A DNA stretch of 64,000 nt from Candidatus Doudnabacteria bacterium (GCA_041389225.1 JAWKSI010000001.1:51821-115820); one strand, 5' to 3'; numbered from the stretch's first letter, positions 48,850 through 59,816 are shown. Notes: generated by a model not told the origin, from the sequence alone. A program made the numbers and translations.

Positions 48850-51800
48850 TTACTTACCAGATGCTACCCTCAAAGCATCTAAGACATTCTTTTCCAAAAC
48901 AATCTGTCCCGAACTGTGCATTGACACAAGGTCCGATGCAACTTTTGTTCCAGTCCGTGATCTTACTGTTTTTAAGACATCATTGTTTTTATCGAGCTTA
49001 TTAATTTCTTCCAATTGTCCAGGCAACAAAATCTTTTTCCCACCAGAATCAGTCCCAAAAATCTCATTTGGCTTCTTATCCCAAAGTTTCTTCTTGCCAG
49101 CTGATTTTCTAAGCTTTTCGTTGTGAACCGAATCAGTATTCCAAAAAATCTGTTGGTTTTCGTTAACATAAGTTGCGTCACCCAAACCCAAATTACCATT
49201 CTTTTTGGAAATCGCAGATATTTGACTCGCCAAAAGATTTCTTTCTGCCTGTGTCAGATTAGCAAAATCTTGATTAATGAATTTGCGCAAATCAGTAATA
49301 TTATTAAAGAACGACTTTTGTGTTAACAAATCTGGAAAGTCACCCAACTCAGCAAGTTTTTTGGTGATCTCACCAGCCAAAATAGTATTGTTTTCTTTTT
49401 GAGCTTTATCATACATTCTCATCAACATCTGTGAGTCATCGATGTTGTTAATTTTCTCCCGTTCGTCTTTAATTTTTTCTGCCTTCTTGTTTTTATCTCG
49501 CATAGACTCTGGGAAACTTTTATCTTTGACAATTTGAGCAGTCGACTCGGCAATTCGCTGCCTGTCTTCTTCGGTCCAATGACCTTCATCAAAATTAGTG
49601 ATAAGTTTGGTTGGATCATCTTGTGAAATTCCTAATGCCGAGCGTAACTTATTATCACTTTCAATATCAGCATTAAGATTATTGATCTCGAGCTGAGCAT
49701 TATCTACGCCAAAAGTGTTGATATCTTTTAAAATATCTGGATCAAACGAATCTATCGAGACTTCGTCCTTACCTAATCGCTTGGCTTCTTTCAAGTCAGT
49801 ATTATTCACAATGCCGTCATGTTTATTTTGCAAATCATCGATTTGGTCATCAAAACCTTTTTCTCTAGCTAAGTATTCTGCTTTGAGCGAAGCAGCTGTC
49901 TTATTATCACCGCGCGCTACAGCCTTACCTTCTGCCTTACGTAAATCTTTGAGCTGTTGATCTGATTCTTTAGCTTGTTTAGTTGTTTTTATTTTAGACT
50001 CTAACTTATCTGAATAATAATCAAGATCTGCTAAAGAAATATCTTGGCCGGATTTTAAACTTTGGAATTCTTTTTTAATTTTTTCTAAATCTAATTTCTT
50101 ACTAGATTTTTCTTGGCGTTCTTTATCCGTTAAGAGTTTGCCAAACTCTCCAGCGTTGTTTTCTACATCTTCTGCGGTTCGGCCAACCATCTTCCACCCT
50201 AAAGTCTTTGCGTGATGAACTTTATTCTGACCAATTTTATCAAAATAATTATCAAAGTGACCCCGACCAGCTTGAATTCGTTTCTGCATATCTTCTCTTG
50301 GCTTGGTAAAATAATTTGACCAAGCAGATTTTGCGGCATCGCCAGGTTTAGCCAAAACCGAAATCAATGACTTAGCTCGGTCATTGTTTTTGTATTTAGT
50401 AATAAGAGCGTCTGCGGCCATATCTTTTCCTGTAACTGCTCCAAACTTAGCAGCTTTGTAAGGCAAAGCTGCAACCTGCTTGGCTTTTCTCTTTGCCCAG
50501 TTTACGATTTCTTTAGAACCATATGTTCCACTCTGAGAAGCAAAGATCATCCCGCCAAACAAAAACAACAAAACTATAAAATGCGAAGCTGTGGTAAAAA
50601 CAAAACTTGTTAACTCACCAGCAACATACTGCTTAATCCCTAATACTTCGTATGCCGAACTAGTGTCAACAGTTTGCCCAACCCGATTAGACATCGCCAC
50701 AGCAAGCAAAGCCGAAATATTTAAAAAGAAAGCCAAGATTGGTACTGTGGTTGCGTACTTAATAAAATTAGACCACCATTGATTTGCTGCTTTTTGGGTC
50801 ATTGGCAAGATATAGCCAACATACGCAATCGGTGAAACCAAATACAAAAGCCACAAAGCGACAACTCTAATTGACGCAAAGGCAGCCAAGGCTACAAAAG
50901 CAAAGAATGCCGACACTGACAAAATCCACAAAACAATTGCTTTTGGAATATCACTCGCTGTTACATCAGCATCAAAGTTATTACCACTGCTAGTTAATCC
51001 AGTCACAATATTTTCGCTTGTACTTCCACTTGTCGCACCGACTCCATCTCTAAATACCAAGACCGGATCTACCATCAACTTCGCACCTAAGGCTTCGATC
51101 ACTTTGTTATCAGCTGGCAAAAATTGTGATTGAACAGTATCAGCAATAGCGACAATTCCTTGACCGATCACTAAACTAAAGTTAACTAGCAAAGCTGCCA
51201 AAATTAACCTAATAATAAATCCACGAGTTTTACTCGAGTCCTCTTGCTGAAACAAAATTCTTAGACCCATGTACAACAACGCAGCAATAAAGAATATATT
51301 GCTCAAGTTGCGCATAATTATCCAACCAGGATAAATAAAGTTAACAAACGAATCTTTCCATGGGCTGACATGCAAAATTGCGGTTAAGAAAGGCGCAACT
51401 ATCAAAGAAAAGATATAGTACAAAGTCGAGGTCATGAGCAGTACCAAGTACGAAATCACCTTAGCAAGAAATCCGTACAAAGTTGAAGCTACGCTTTGCT
51501 GTCCTTGTTCTGTGGACGAAGTACTTTGCGTGGTTAAATCAGAAAACCCATACTTAGCAAACTGTTCATCTTCACACTTCGCAGTATCACGTCCTGCAGC
51601 TTGTAAATCCGCCTTACAAGCCTCTTTGATTGCATCCAAAGTTTCAAAGACTTCGACTGTAAATTTTGGCGGTGTTTTTCCTAGCATAACTCGGACACCA
51701 ACATCAAATATATAATCTAGATCTTTTCCACCAGCCACAATAGGCAAGACAACAAATTCGGTCGAGCTAATCGCACCCTGAGGCAATCCTGCAGTTTTAC

Positions 51801-53001
51801 TTTCGGCCGTACTATTCCAAGCGGTAGATTTTATAACAGGGTTAATTCCACCTTGAGGTAAACCAGGAAAATTAGAGCTCAAGCTTCCTCTATCGTCATT
51901 GTAAAAAACATTTCCCGAACAATCACTTAGAATACGACCTGCATCACATTGAGCATATTCTTTGGCTCGACTTGCATAATTAATTGCAAAGTGAATTCCT
52001 TGGAACTTTGGGTTAAACTGAGGAATCCAACCATCATCTTTATTTGGCAATTCAAATTCATCGCCGACCTTTAGCGCATAAGAATCATCCTTCCATTTTG
52101 CATAAATTGAATCAGGGCCCTTCGCTTGTCCAAAAGATAAACTGCTGTCAGATTTAAGAACTCGATATTTACTTCGCAATCCTTGATCATTTTGAGGTGT
52201 AAAAGTGACACCAAGATCACTAATCAATTTGACCCCATCAGAACTGACGGTAGTAGAAGTGCTGTTGTTGGGACTAAAATCATCAGAAACCTGTCCAGGG
52301 GTTCCGACTGGAGCTGTCAAAGACAACTCCCGCCAAAAAGCATAATTATCTCCCAGAGGAATATTAATAAAGTTGCTTGGATTTCCAGGCTCATACATCT
52401 TGAGATAAAAATATGCGTAATAATTATCTCCGCTACTAAGCGCATTTTTCAAATCAGTACCAGAGTTAGTTGACTTAAATAACTGACCAACACTCCCAAC
52501 AGGAAGTTTATTAGAAAATCCAACCACAGTACCGCTCGAATCAGTAATTGGCATGGCATCAGTGCTTATTCTTGTCGAATTGCCATGCTGCCAGCTAGCT
52601 AAGTTAAAATAATTGTCATACAGCGAAATCTTCATCTCATACTCAAATTTCAACTTTCCAGTACAATAACCAGCAACTTGAGAATCTTTAAATTTGACCC
52701 TCATACCAATCTGAAAAACTTGGTCTAAGTTAATCGGTGTATTAGCTTCGGGTGAAAAAGCATAGTCAACATCAGCATTGGTAAAACCAACAGCTCCCAA
52801 ACTACACTGATTTACCGAACCCCGAGGGTTTGCTTGAGCGTTAGCGAGGAAAATCGAACCACGCGCCCCGATCAAAATAAATAGAGTCAAAAAAACTAGC
52901 AAAGCTTTTTTGCTTTGCTGGTTTTTGAGCCATAAAATCAAAGACTTTTTGAATAAAATCCTTTTATTTACGATATATTTTTCAATTTGTTTGAGTTTCA
53001 C
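48850..53001 (-). CDS. large polytopic membrane protein, extended VirB6/TrbL-like
   Basis: GWIIMRNLSNIFFI, LILAALLVNFSL, RVVALWLL.LVSPIAY, WWSNF core; long N- and C-terminal soluble regions. Confidence 0.72.
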   Translation of the reverse strand: MKLKQIEKYIVNKRILFKKSLILWLKNQQSKKALLVFLTLFILIGARGSIFLANAQANPRGSVNQCSLGAVGFTNADVDYAFSPEANTPINLDQVFQIGMRVKFKDSQVAGYCTGKLKFEYEMKISLYDNYFNLASWQHGNSTRISTDAMPITDSSGTVVGFSNKLPVGSVGQLFKSTNSGTDLKNALSSGDNYYAYFYLKMYEPGNPSNFINIPLGDNYAFWRELSLTAPVGTPGQVSDDFSPNNSTSTTVSSDGVKLISDLGVTFTPQNDQGLRSKYRVLKSDSSLSFGQAKGPDSIYAKWKDDSYALKVGDEFELPNKDDGWIPQFNPKFQGIHFAINYASRAKEYAQCDAGRILSDCSGNVFYNDDRGSLSSNFPGLPQGGINPVIKSTAWNSTAESKTAGLPQGAISSTEFVVLPIVAGGKDLDYIFDVGVRVMLGKTPPKFTVEVFETLDAIKEACKADLQAAGRDTAKCEDEQFAKYGFSDLTTQSTSSTEQGQQSVASTLYGFLAKVISYLVLLMTSTLYYIFSLIVAPFLTAILHVSPWKDSFVNFIYPGWIIMRNLSNIFFIAALLYMGLRILFQQEDSSKTRGFIIRLILAALLVNFSLVIGQGIVAIADTVQSQFLPADNKVIEALGAKLMVDPVLVFRDGVGATSGSTSENIVTGLTSSGNNFDADVTASDIPKAIVLWILSVSAFFAFVALAAFASIRVVALWLLYLVSPIAYVGYILPMTQKAANQWWSNFIKYATTVPILAFFLNISALLAVAMSNRVGQTVDTSSAYEVLGIKQYVAGELTSFVFTTASHFIVLLFLFGGMIFASQSGTYGSKEIVNWAKRKAKQVAALPYKAAKFGAVTGKDMAADALITKYKNNDRAKSLISVLAKPGDAAKSAWSNYFTKPREDMQKRIQAGRGHFDNYFDKIGQNKVHHAKTLGWKMVGRTAEDVENNAGEFGKLLTDKERQEKSSKKLDLEKIKKEFQSLKSGQDISLADLDYYSDKLESKIKTTKQAKESDQQLKDLRKAEGKAVARGDNKTAASLKAEYLAREKGFDDQIDDLQNKHDGIVNNTDLKEAKRLGKDEVSIDSFDPDILKDINTFGVDNAQLEINNLNADIESDNKLRSALGISQDDPTKLITNFDEGHWTEEDRQRIAESTAQIVKDKSFPESMRDKNKKAEKIKDEREKINNIDDSQMLMRMYDKAQKENNTILAGEITKKLAELGDFPDLLTQKSFFNNITDLRKFINQDFANLTQAERNLLASQISAISKKNGNLGLGDATYVNENQQIFWNTDSVHNEKLRKSAGKKKLWDKKPNEIFGTDSGGKKILLPGQLEEINKLDKNNDVLKTVRSRTGTKVASDLVSMHSSGQIVLEKNVLDALRVASGK

Positions 53002-53127
53002 TTAAAATCCAAATTTAGTTCCAGAATTCTTCAAAAGTTGTATATATTATACCACGTTTTAAGCACAAACCCCAAAGATAATCCCCAAACAAAAAACCGA
53101 CCACTTGGGTCGGTTTGTGGATTAAAA

Positions 53128-55071
53128 TTATCTTGGACTAAAGACCACAGCTTGTCCGCGAGGGAACACTTGCACAGTAGAAACTCCTTGCACAGAACCA
53201 GTTTTAAGATTAAACCCAACCCCAACTTCTGCGACTTTGTTATTTGAACTATCGTAAAGTTCGACAAATAAAGTTCTTTGTTCCAAACCACTTGCCCCAG
53301 CAGAACCCGCAGGCGCTACAAAACTCAATTTAGCCAAACCAGCAGCCAGATCTGCAACATCCAAACTAGCTAACTGTCCCGAAATTTTATCTCTAACCAC
53401 AACACGGTAATTTTGAGCATTATTATTTCGTTCGACAAATCCTGCAAAATCTATATTAACTTGATAAGTTTGTCCAGAAGTTAACTCACTGAGCTTACTT
53501 GTACCTCCAACAGAACTAAGGTAAACACTCACTCCATTATTTTCAAATTGTTTAGAATCAACCCCGCCATCACTTCCAATCCCGGCAACAGTTGAACCAA
53601 CTGCTATAGCTGTTGGTGCAAGGGCCGCAATTCCCGCTTCTTTAAGTACTTGGCTATTGCTCTTTTTTCCAGTAATCAAATTAGACAAAAAGTTTGATGC
53701 AACTCCAGAGACAAAATTAGCATAGAAAGGCAAGTTGTCAGATTTTAGATTAGCGGCTTGATTAAGATACTGATCAAGATAAGAATTAAGTTGGCCCGCG
53801 ACAAATCCACCTGGAGAAGTAATCGCTTTACATATATCAACTACAGGGGAATCAAATTGATTTGATAAAGAGTTATACTTCTGTCCAACGACTTCTAGAT
53901 TTTGTTCAGCTTTATTAAGCTCTTCTATTGTTGTCTGTCCTTGTGCGTAAGCTTCTTTGAGTTTTTCGTAAACTTCATTAGCAGTGTAAAGTTCTTTAGT
54001 TGCAGAATCATAGCTATTATCAATTTGCTGCTGCATCGCGATCGAACCACTACAATCTCGAGGTGGTGCAAACCCTTGACTCGCGTCAATTTCTTGTTGA
54101 GTGCTAGTCTGAGCAGAAGCACTAACCTTTGCCGCTTCATCAGCAATATTTAGATATTGGAATACCGGGCTTGCTTCGGCACTTCCATAACTCGCCAGAC
54201 ACTTATAAAACGAACTATCTGACGTGCTTGAACTTGCACTTGCCCCTAGGTTACCACAATTAGACGCAAGTGTTTTTTGCGCTTGATCATTTGCATAAGT
54301 AATCGCTGACAAAACTTTCCCCGGTGTTTTTTTGCTTTGAATCAACGAACGCAACACCGCTTGTTTTTTGGCATCGCCGGTATAGTTCTCGTTGATATAC
54401 TTCATACTATAAACTTGTGTCGAAACCGCATCTGCATAAGCCAAGTAGTCATCAATCTTATACTTTTCGACAGCATTATTAACTAACTGAGTTGTTAGGT
54501 TTTGGTTAAGATTCAAAATTAACTTAACCAAGAAGGCTCGCAAAATATCTTTAAACTGAGCTGCTTGTCTTTCTTTAAGAGCGTCAATTTTTTGTCTTAA
54601 TGAAGAGCTAATAGTTGTATATTTAGTTTCTTCTGTTTGAATCGCCTGACCAGTTAACAAAGATGTCACCGGAATTTGCTGCAACGAAATCACATAAGCG
54701 TCGATACACTCTTTAGCGGCGGTCGCTGTGGCAATTTGTGCAGAAGCTTTAACAGCACCAACGATACCACCACTCAAAATATCTAATGTCTCCGAACCAG
54801 CTCCTCCAGAAATCGAATCAATGCTATCGCCGACTTCCAAAGCATCAGCTGCTTTAAAAGTTGCAGTACAAGAATTTCCAAAAGATGCTTTTAAAGTTGT
54901 AATCGAAACATTAGATGTCACTGCATCACCAACACCTGCAACCAAAGCAACTCCAACTGGACCAACTTCAATCACAGGCTGTGGTACGATCACCGCTTTG
55001 GTAACTTGAGGTGTAACCAAAAAAGAAAAAGTTACCGCAACTAATAAAATGTAACTAAGGATTTTTTTCAT
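53128..55071 (-). CDS. secreted hypothetical protein
   Basis: Signal peptide MKKILSYILLVAVTFSFLVTPQVTKA; paired Cys; ITSPG motif. Confidence 0.72.
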   Translation of the reverse strand: MKKILSYILLVAVTFSFLVTPQVTKAVIVPQPVIEVGPVGVALVAGVGDAVTSNVSITTLKASFGNSCTATFKAADALEVGDSIDSISGGAGSETLDILSGGIVGAVKASAQIATATAAKECIDAYVISLQQIPVTSLLTGQAIQTEETKYTTISSSLRQKIDALKERQAAQFKDILRAFLVKLILNLNQNLTTQLVNNAVEKYKIDDYLAYADAVSTQVYSMKYINENYTGDAKKQAVLRSLIQSKKTPGKVLSAITYANDQAQKTLASNCGNLGASASSSTSDSSFYKCLASYGSAEASPVFQYLNIADEAAKVSASAQTSTQQEIDASQGFAPPRDCSGSIAMQQQIDNSYDSATKELYTANEVYEKLKEAYAQGQTTIEELNKAEQNLEVVGQKYNSLSNQFDSPVVDICKAITSPGGFVAGQLNSYLDQYLNQAANLKSDNLPFYANFVSGVASNFLSNLITGKKSNSQVLKEAGIAALAPTAIAVGSTVAGIGSDGGVDSKQFENNGVSVYLSSVGGTSKLSELTSGQTYQVNIDFAGFVERNNNAQNYRVVVRDKISGQLASLDVADLAAGLAKLSFVAPAGSAGASGLEQRTLFVELYDSSNNKVAEVGVGFNLKTGSVQGVSTVQVFPRGQAVVFSPR

Positions 55072-55823
55072 TACTGTAACTTAACTCCATACTTCTGATT
55101 AATTTCTTCGCGAACCATTCCTATTCTATCAATCAGACTAAACAAGTTTTTAGAATAAATTTGTAAGTTAACAGCCCCACTCTCTCCACCAGCAAAGCCC
55201 AAACCAATCTGTCCTAAAGTTTGGTAATAAATCGACGAGAGTCTGTGATAATTTAACAACTCATCCGGAACAGGAATTTGTCTCATACTATTTACGATAG
55301 CTTCGGTCTGATTCGCAACTTCTCGCAACCGAGCTGGATCTGATTCGTTGAGCACAGCAAAAATTTCGATGGTATCATAATAACCTTCGATCCGAGAAAT
55401 TCGATCAGCATATTGTTGAACAGTTTGCGCGTCAGTATAAATTACACTCTGCACAGGAATTTGCGACAACTCTTGTTCAGAAAATAATTGCTCAGCAGTT
55501 GGAATATCTCCAAGTCCAATAGCTGCGCCCAAAACTTGACCATTATCATCAACACGATCCAGTAAAGAAAGTTGTTGATCCTGAATATTATTCGAAGTAT
55601 CTAATTCGGCAAATAACTGGTCCAGCTCCGACTCAACCTGACTTTGTGCTTGTTCAAATGTCAAAACTGGTTTTTGATCATCAGCATTTGCAGTCAAAGA
55701 ACCAACCAAATTATTAAGCTGAGGGATAATCAAAATTAAAAAAATCACCACAGCTGCGCCCAATAAAAGCGCGTGGTTAAACCCAAAACCCAAACGTTGA
55801 AAATTTTGTTTCCAATCAGCCAT
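55071..55823 (-). CDS. membrane-anchored hypothetical protein
   Basis: N-terminal TM; IPVPDELLNYH. Confidence 0.7.
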   Translation of the reverse strand: MADWKQNFQRLGFGFNHALLLGAAVVIFLILIIPQLNNLVGSLTANADDQKPVLTFEQAQSQVESELDQLFAELDTSNNIQDQQLSLLDRVDDNGQVLGAAIGLGDIPTAEQLFSEQELSQIPVQSVIYTDAQTVQQYADRISRIEGYYDTIEIFAVLNESDPARLREVANQTEAIVNSMRQIPVPDELLNYHRLSSIYYQTLGQIGLGFAGGESGAVNLQIYSKNLFSLIDRIGMVREEINQKYGVKLQ

Positions 55824-55933
55824 AAAGCAAAAAACCTGTTGGTTTTACTTAAAATAAATTAAATTGTGATTTTGTTTCAATAACTTTATCAGTTAAAATA
55901 ATTATAGCAAATTTAACTAAAAAAATCAAGCAA

Positions 55934-56470
55934 ATGAAGCTAATTTTATCACTTTTTATTATTTTAGGGTCGACAGTTTTAATGTCATCTGCATGTGCTC
56001 GTACTTTTGACTCAAACCAGCACTCGCCTATCGGTCAAACTGTAGATCAATCGGAGAAAATCTCAGAACAAACAAACCCGCAACTCCCAACAGTGCAAAT
56101 CCAAATCGCCGACCAAACCATTACAGCCGAAGTTGCTTCGACTCAAAAACAAAAAGAGCGCGGCTTGTCATACCGCAAATCTCTAGAACCAAATTCTGGA
56201 ATGTTATTTGATTTTAGTAATCAACCAAAATTTATTCCAAGCTTCTGGATGAAGGGTATGAACTTTGACTTAGATTTAATCTGGATTGAAGATCAGACTA
56301 TTATCGACATCAGCCATCAAGTTACCGCGCCAAGCTCAAACCAAATTCCTAACAACCAACTCCCGACCTACTCCCCAAGCAAAGCAGTCAACTTTGTCCT
56401 CGAAGTCCCCAGCGGTTGGGCTCAACAACACAATATTGATGTTGGTCAAACAATCGAAATAAAAAATTAA
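55934..56470 (+). CDS. DUF192 family protein
   Basis: AEVAST...ERGLSYR, GMLF, FWMKGM, VLEVPSG. Confidence 0.9.
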   Translation: MKLILSLFIILGSTVLMSSACARTFDSNQHSPIGQTVDQSEKISEQTNPQLPTVQIQIADQTITAEVASTQKQKERGLSYRKSLEPNSGMLFDFSNQPKFIPSFWMKGMNFDLDLIWIEDQTIIDISHQVTAPSSNQIPNNQLPTYSPSKAVNFVLEVPSGWAQQHNIDVGQTIEIKN

Positions 56471-56471
56471 A

Positions 56472-57302
56472 CTAAGAACTTAGTTTAATTTTTGTTTGTA
56501 AGTCTAACCACTGTTCGATCGTCAAATGTTGCGGCCGTGCGGTTTCCAAAATTTTTGCTTTTTCCAAAGCCTCCAGAGCTTGAGTTTTGGTTAAACCAAA
56601 ATTATTAACCAAAGTATTGTGAATCTGTTTTCTCTTTCCAGCAAAGCACGCTTTCCATAATTTAAACAATCCTTCCAAATCCTCAACTTTGTACTTAGGT
56701 TCTTTGTGCAAAATAATCGCGACCGCAGCGCTATCAACTTTTGGTGCAGGAAAAAATTTACCAGCAGGGACTATTTCGATCAATTCTGTATCAGCAAATA
56801 ATTGTACTGACAAAGCTAACAAGTTAAGTTTGCCTGGTTTGGCAGTTAAATTTTGCGCGACTTCTTTTTGCATCAACAACGACATTGCTTGCGGCTTAAC
56901 TTGAGCCTGCATAAACAATTGAATAATTTTTCCTGTCACGTAATATGGAATGTTGGCAACAACTTTGTATGGCTGTTGGGATAAGTGTTTAACAAAATCA
57001 TATTTGAGAACATCCGCCAAAACATAATCTAGATTTGAAAAGTTTTTTTTGTAATCTTCTAAAACAGGAATAAATTGTTTATCTTTTTCGATTGCCAAAA
57101 CCTGTTGGGAATTTTCTAACAAAATTCTAGTAAGATTACCGATCCCAGGTCCAACCTCGACAACCTTATCATCTTGATTGAGATTGATCGCTTCGATCAT
57201 ACGATAAAAAACCATTTCGTCCATCAAAAAATTTTGTCCAAAAATTTTATTTGGACTCAAACCATACTGTTCTAAATATTTATCTAGAGATTTTTGATCC
57301 AT
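56472..57302 (-). CDS. rsmA: 16S rRNA dimethyladenosine transferase
   Basis: GQNFL, EVGPGIG, VANIPY, QKEVA, FFPAPKVDS. Confidence 0.96.
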   Translation of the reverse strand: MDQKSLDKYLEQYGLSPNKIFGQNFLMDEMVFYRMIEAINLNQDDKVVEVGPGIGNLTRILLENSQQVLAIEKDKQFIPVLEDYKKNFSNLDYVLADVLKYDFVKHLSQQPYKVVANIPYYVTGKIIQLFMQAQVKPQAMSLLMQKEVAQNLTAKPGKLNLLALSVQLFADTELIEIVPAGKFFPAPKVDSAAVAIILHKEPKYKVEDLEGLFKLWKACFAGKRKQIHNTLVNNFGLTKTQALEALEKAKILETARPQHLTIEQWLDLQTKIKLSS

Positions 57303-57303
57303 A

Positions 57304-59451
57304 CTAAAAAGGTTCGTAATTTAAATTGTCATCAGCATACAAAGCCGCGAGATTACCATCTACATTAACAACTTCGTTGGGTAGAACTTGTAAAATCCTT
57401 GATGGAGGGTTAGCTTGAAAACTCCCAAACATTTGCCTAGATTGCGCGTATAACAAAAATAATCGCTTGCGAGCACGAGTCAAACCAACATAAGCCAATC
57501 TAATTTCTTCGGCTAGTTGAGATGGATCCATCAAACTGTTAGTATGCGGCAAAATCCCCTCTTCTAAACCTACAAAAAATACTGTCTCAAACTCTAAACC
57601 TTTGGCGGCGTGCAATGTCATTAAAGTCACAGAATTTCTTTGATCAGTCAAATTATCCAAGTCAGTTACCAAAGCCACTTCTTCCAAAAATTCTGCCAAT
57701 CCTTCTTGCCATGGAGCGTGATCAAATTTTTGTACTACCGTAAACAACTCACGCATGTTTTCGACACGAGCTTCACCTACTTCTGTACCATCACGGTAAA
57801 AATCTTCTAGTTTGGACAACTTTAAAATAACTTCCAGCACTGCAGATAATTTACTTTCTTCTGGAATATTACTGGCGGTTTGCAAAATTCCAAAAAAACT
57901 TTGAAGCGCCGCTTGCTGCTTAGCACTGTAACCTAACTGCAAAATTAATTCTTGCAATCGCGGCAAATCTACAGCTTGAGTTAGATTCAAAATTAACTCT
58001 CTAATTTTTTCGACAGATTTTTCTCCCAAACCGCGCGCCGGCAAATTAATTACCCGCTTTAGACTTACAATATCAACCGGATTAGAAATCAGGCGCAAAA
58101 ATGCAATAACATCTTTGACTTCTTTACGGTCGTAGAACTTAACACCGCCAACAATGTGATACGGAATCCCAGCTTCGATAAAAATTTCTTCTATCTGACG
58201 TGACTGCGAATGCGTGCGGTACAAAACTGCAAACTCTGCCAAACTAGTATGATCTTTTGGCAATTGTGGAACATAACCACTATACGCATCCAAACCTGAC
58301 GGCCGACGATTCTGTTTAAGAAATTGATCCAAAATCGAAAATCCCCCATTAACACTTGGTTCCTGATATTCCGGTTCAGCAAATTCTTCTTCTGAATAAC
58401 TTAATTCTTCTGATTCTTGTTCTGGAGAACTTAATCCAATAATTTTTTTGGCAACAAAGATCGCCTCTGCCCGACCATCAAAAGATTCTTTGATCACTAC
58501 TTTTTCACCGTCACCATTATTAGTCCACAAAGTTTTTGGTTTTTGTTCGGTGTTAAGTTCGATGACCTTTTGTGCAGCGGTTAAGATATTTTGACTTGAA
58601 CGATAATTTTGTTCGAGTTTGATAACCAAAGCATCTTTAAAATCCTTTTCAAAATTTAAAATATTAGCAATGTTACTACCTCTAAAACCATAAATACTCT
58701 GAGCATCATCCCCAACAACAAACAAATTTTGATTCTTGGCTAGTAAATGTAAAAACATATATTGCGCTTGGTTAGTGTCTTGATATTCATCAACCAAAAT
58801 ATATTGCCATAAGTCTTGGTAGTTGCGTAACACTTGAGGAAAATTTTCAAACAACTTAATCGGCAACATCAACAAATCATCAAAGTCAACGCTATTTTGT
58901 TTAACTAAATAATTTTGATACCGCGCGTAAACCTGTGCCACCATCTGATGCAAGTCACCTTCTAACCCTAAGTCAAATTGCGCTGGAGTCTGAAGCAAAT
59001 TTTTTGCGCTGGAGATATAAGCTTTAAACAAAGTTGGTTTGTATTGAGTTGGGATTCCTAAATCGGACAAAATATCTTTAAGAACTTTAAGTTGATCATC
59101 AGTATCAATAATTACAAAACCGTGACTATAACCAAGGTGAGTAATGTACTTGCGCAGAATGCGAACTCCAATCGAATGAAAAGTCCCAAGCGCTGGCTGA
59201 GAACTTAACTTAGTTTTAGATTCAGCTTGTAGTAAAGCTGTAACTCGACTCTGCATTTCTTTAGCAGCTTTATTGGTAAACGTAACCGCCAAAATATGTT
59301 CGGGTTTGATTAAGTCTTGCTCGATCAAATATGCAATACGATAAGTTAAGACTCTGGTTTTACCGCTACCAGCTCCCGCCAAAACTAAAACAGGCCCGAG
59401 AGGGGCTGTTACCGCTGATAGCTGTTGTTGGTTGAGTTGAGATAAATTCAT
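57304..59451 (-). CDS. pcrA: ATP-dependent DNA helicase PcrA/UvrD
   Basis: AGAGSGKT, TFTNKAA, VDEYQD, GDDAQSIY, QNYRS, AKGLEF, YVGLTRAR. Confidence 0.95.
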   Translation of the reverse strand: MNLSQLNQQQLSAVTAPLGPVLVLAGAGSGKTRVLTYRIAYLIEQDLIKPEHILAVTFTNKAAKEMQSRVTALLQAESKTKLSSQPALGTFHSIGVRILRKYITHLGYSHGFVIIDTDDQLKVLKDILSDLGIPTQYKPTLFKAYISSAKNLLQTPAQFDLGLEGDLHQMVAQVYARYQNYLVKQNSVDFDDLLMLPIKLFENFPQVLRNYQDLWQYILVDEYQDTNQAQYMFLHLLAKNQNLFVVGDDAQSIYGFRGSNIANILNFEKDFKDALVIKLEQNYRSSQNILTAAQKVIELNTEQKPKTLWTNNGDGEKVVIKESFDGRAEAIFVAKKIIGLSSPEQESEELSYSEEEFAEPEYQEPSVNGGFSILDQFLKQNRRPSGLDAYSGYVPQLPKDHTSLAEFAVLYRTHSQSRQIEEIFIEAGIPYHIVGGVKFYDRKEVKDVIAFLRLISNPVDIVSLKRVINLPARGLGEKSVEKIRELILNLTQAVDLPRLQELILQLGYSAKQQAALQSFFGILQTASNIPEESKLSAVLEVILKLSKLEDFYRDGTEVGEARVENMRELFTVVQKFDHAPWQEGLAEFLEEVALVTDLDNLTDQRNSVTLMTLHAAKGLEFETVFFVGLEEGILPHTNSLMDPSQLAEEIRLAYVGLTRARKRLFLLYAQSRQMFGSFQANPPSRILQVLPNEVVNVDGNLAALYADDNLNYEPF

Positions 59452-59594
59452 CTACTATATTATAGCATTTTGAAACTACTATATTTTGAACAAAAATATT
59501 GATATAAAATCCTTGATTTATGGCTTAAATAAAAGGAATGTGGACAAAATAAGGCTTATTTAGTAGTAAATTTCAAAGTTATCCCAGATTAGAC

Positions 59595-59623
59595 TTGAAA
59601 AGCCCTCAAGACCTTGTTAAACT
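59595..59623 (+). promoter_or_regulatory. sigma70-like promoter
   Basis: TTGAAA-N17-TAAACT. Confidence 0.5.
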
Positions 59624-59816
59624 TGCTAAGTAATAACTTAAAATCATAAATTTAGATCAAGTTCTGACCTAAATTTTACCGATAATTAAGCCAATTATTT
59701 GTATTTTTTCGAGAGACTACTACGACTAAAATTTGCAGATATATTCGTAGTCGAAACAATCAAATAAGACGGCATTCGTTGATTAGCCACAGCCTGCAAT
59801 ACATGGCCTGTCTTCT

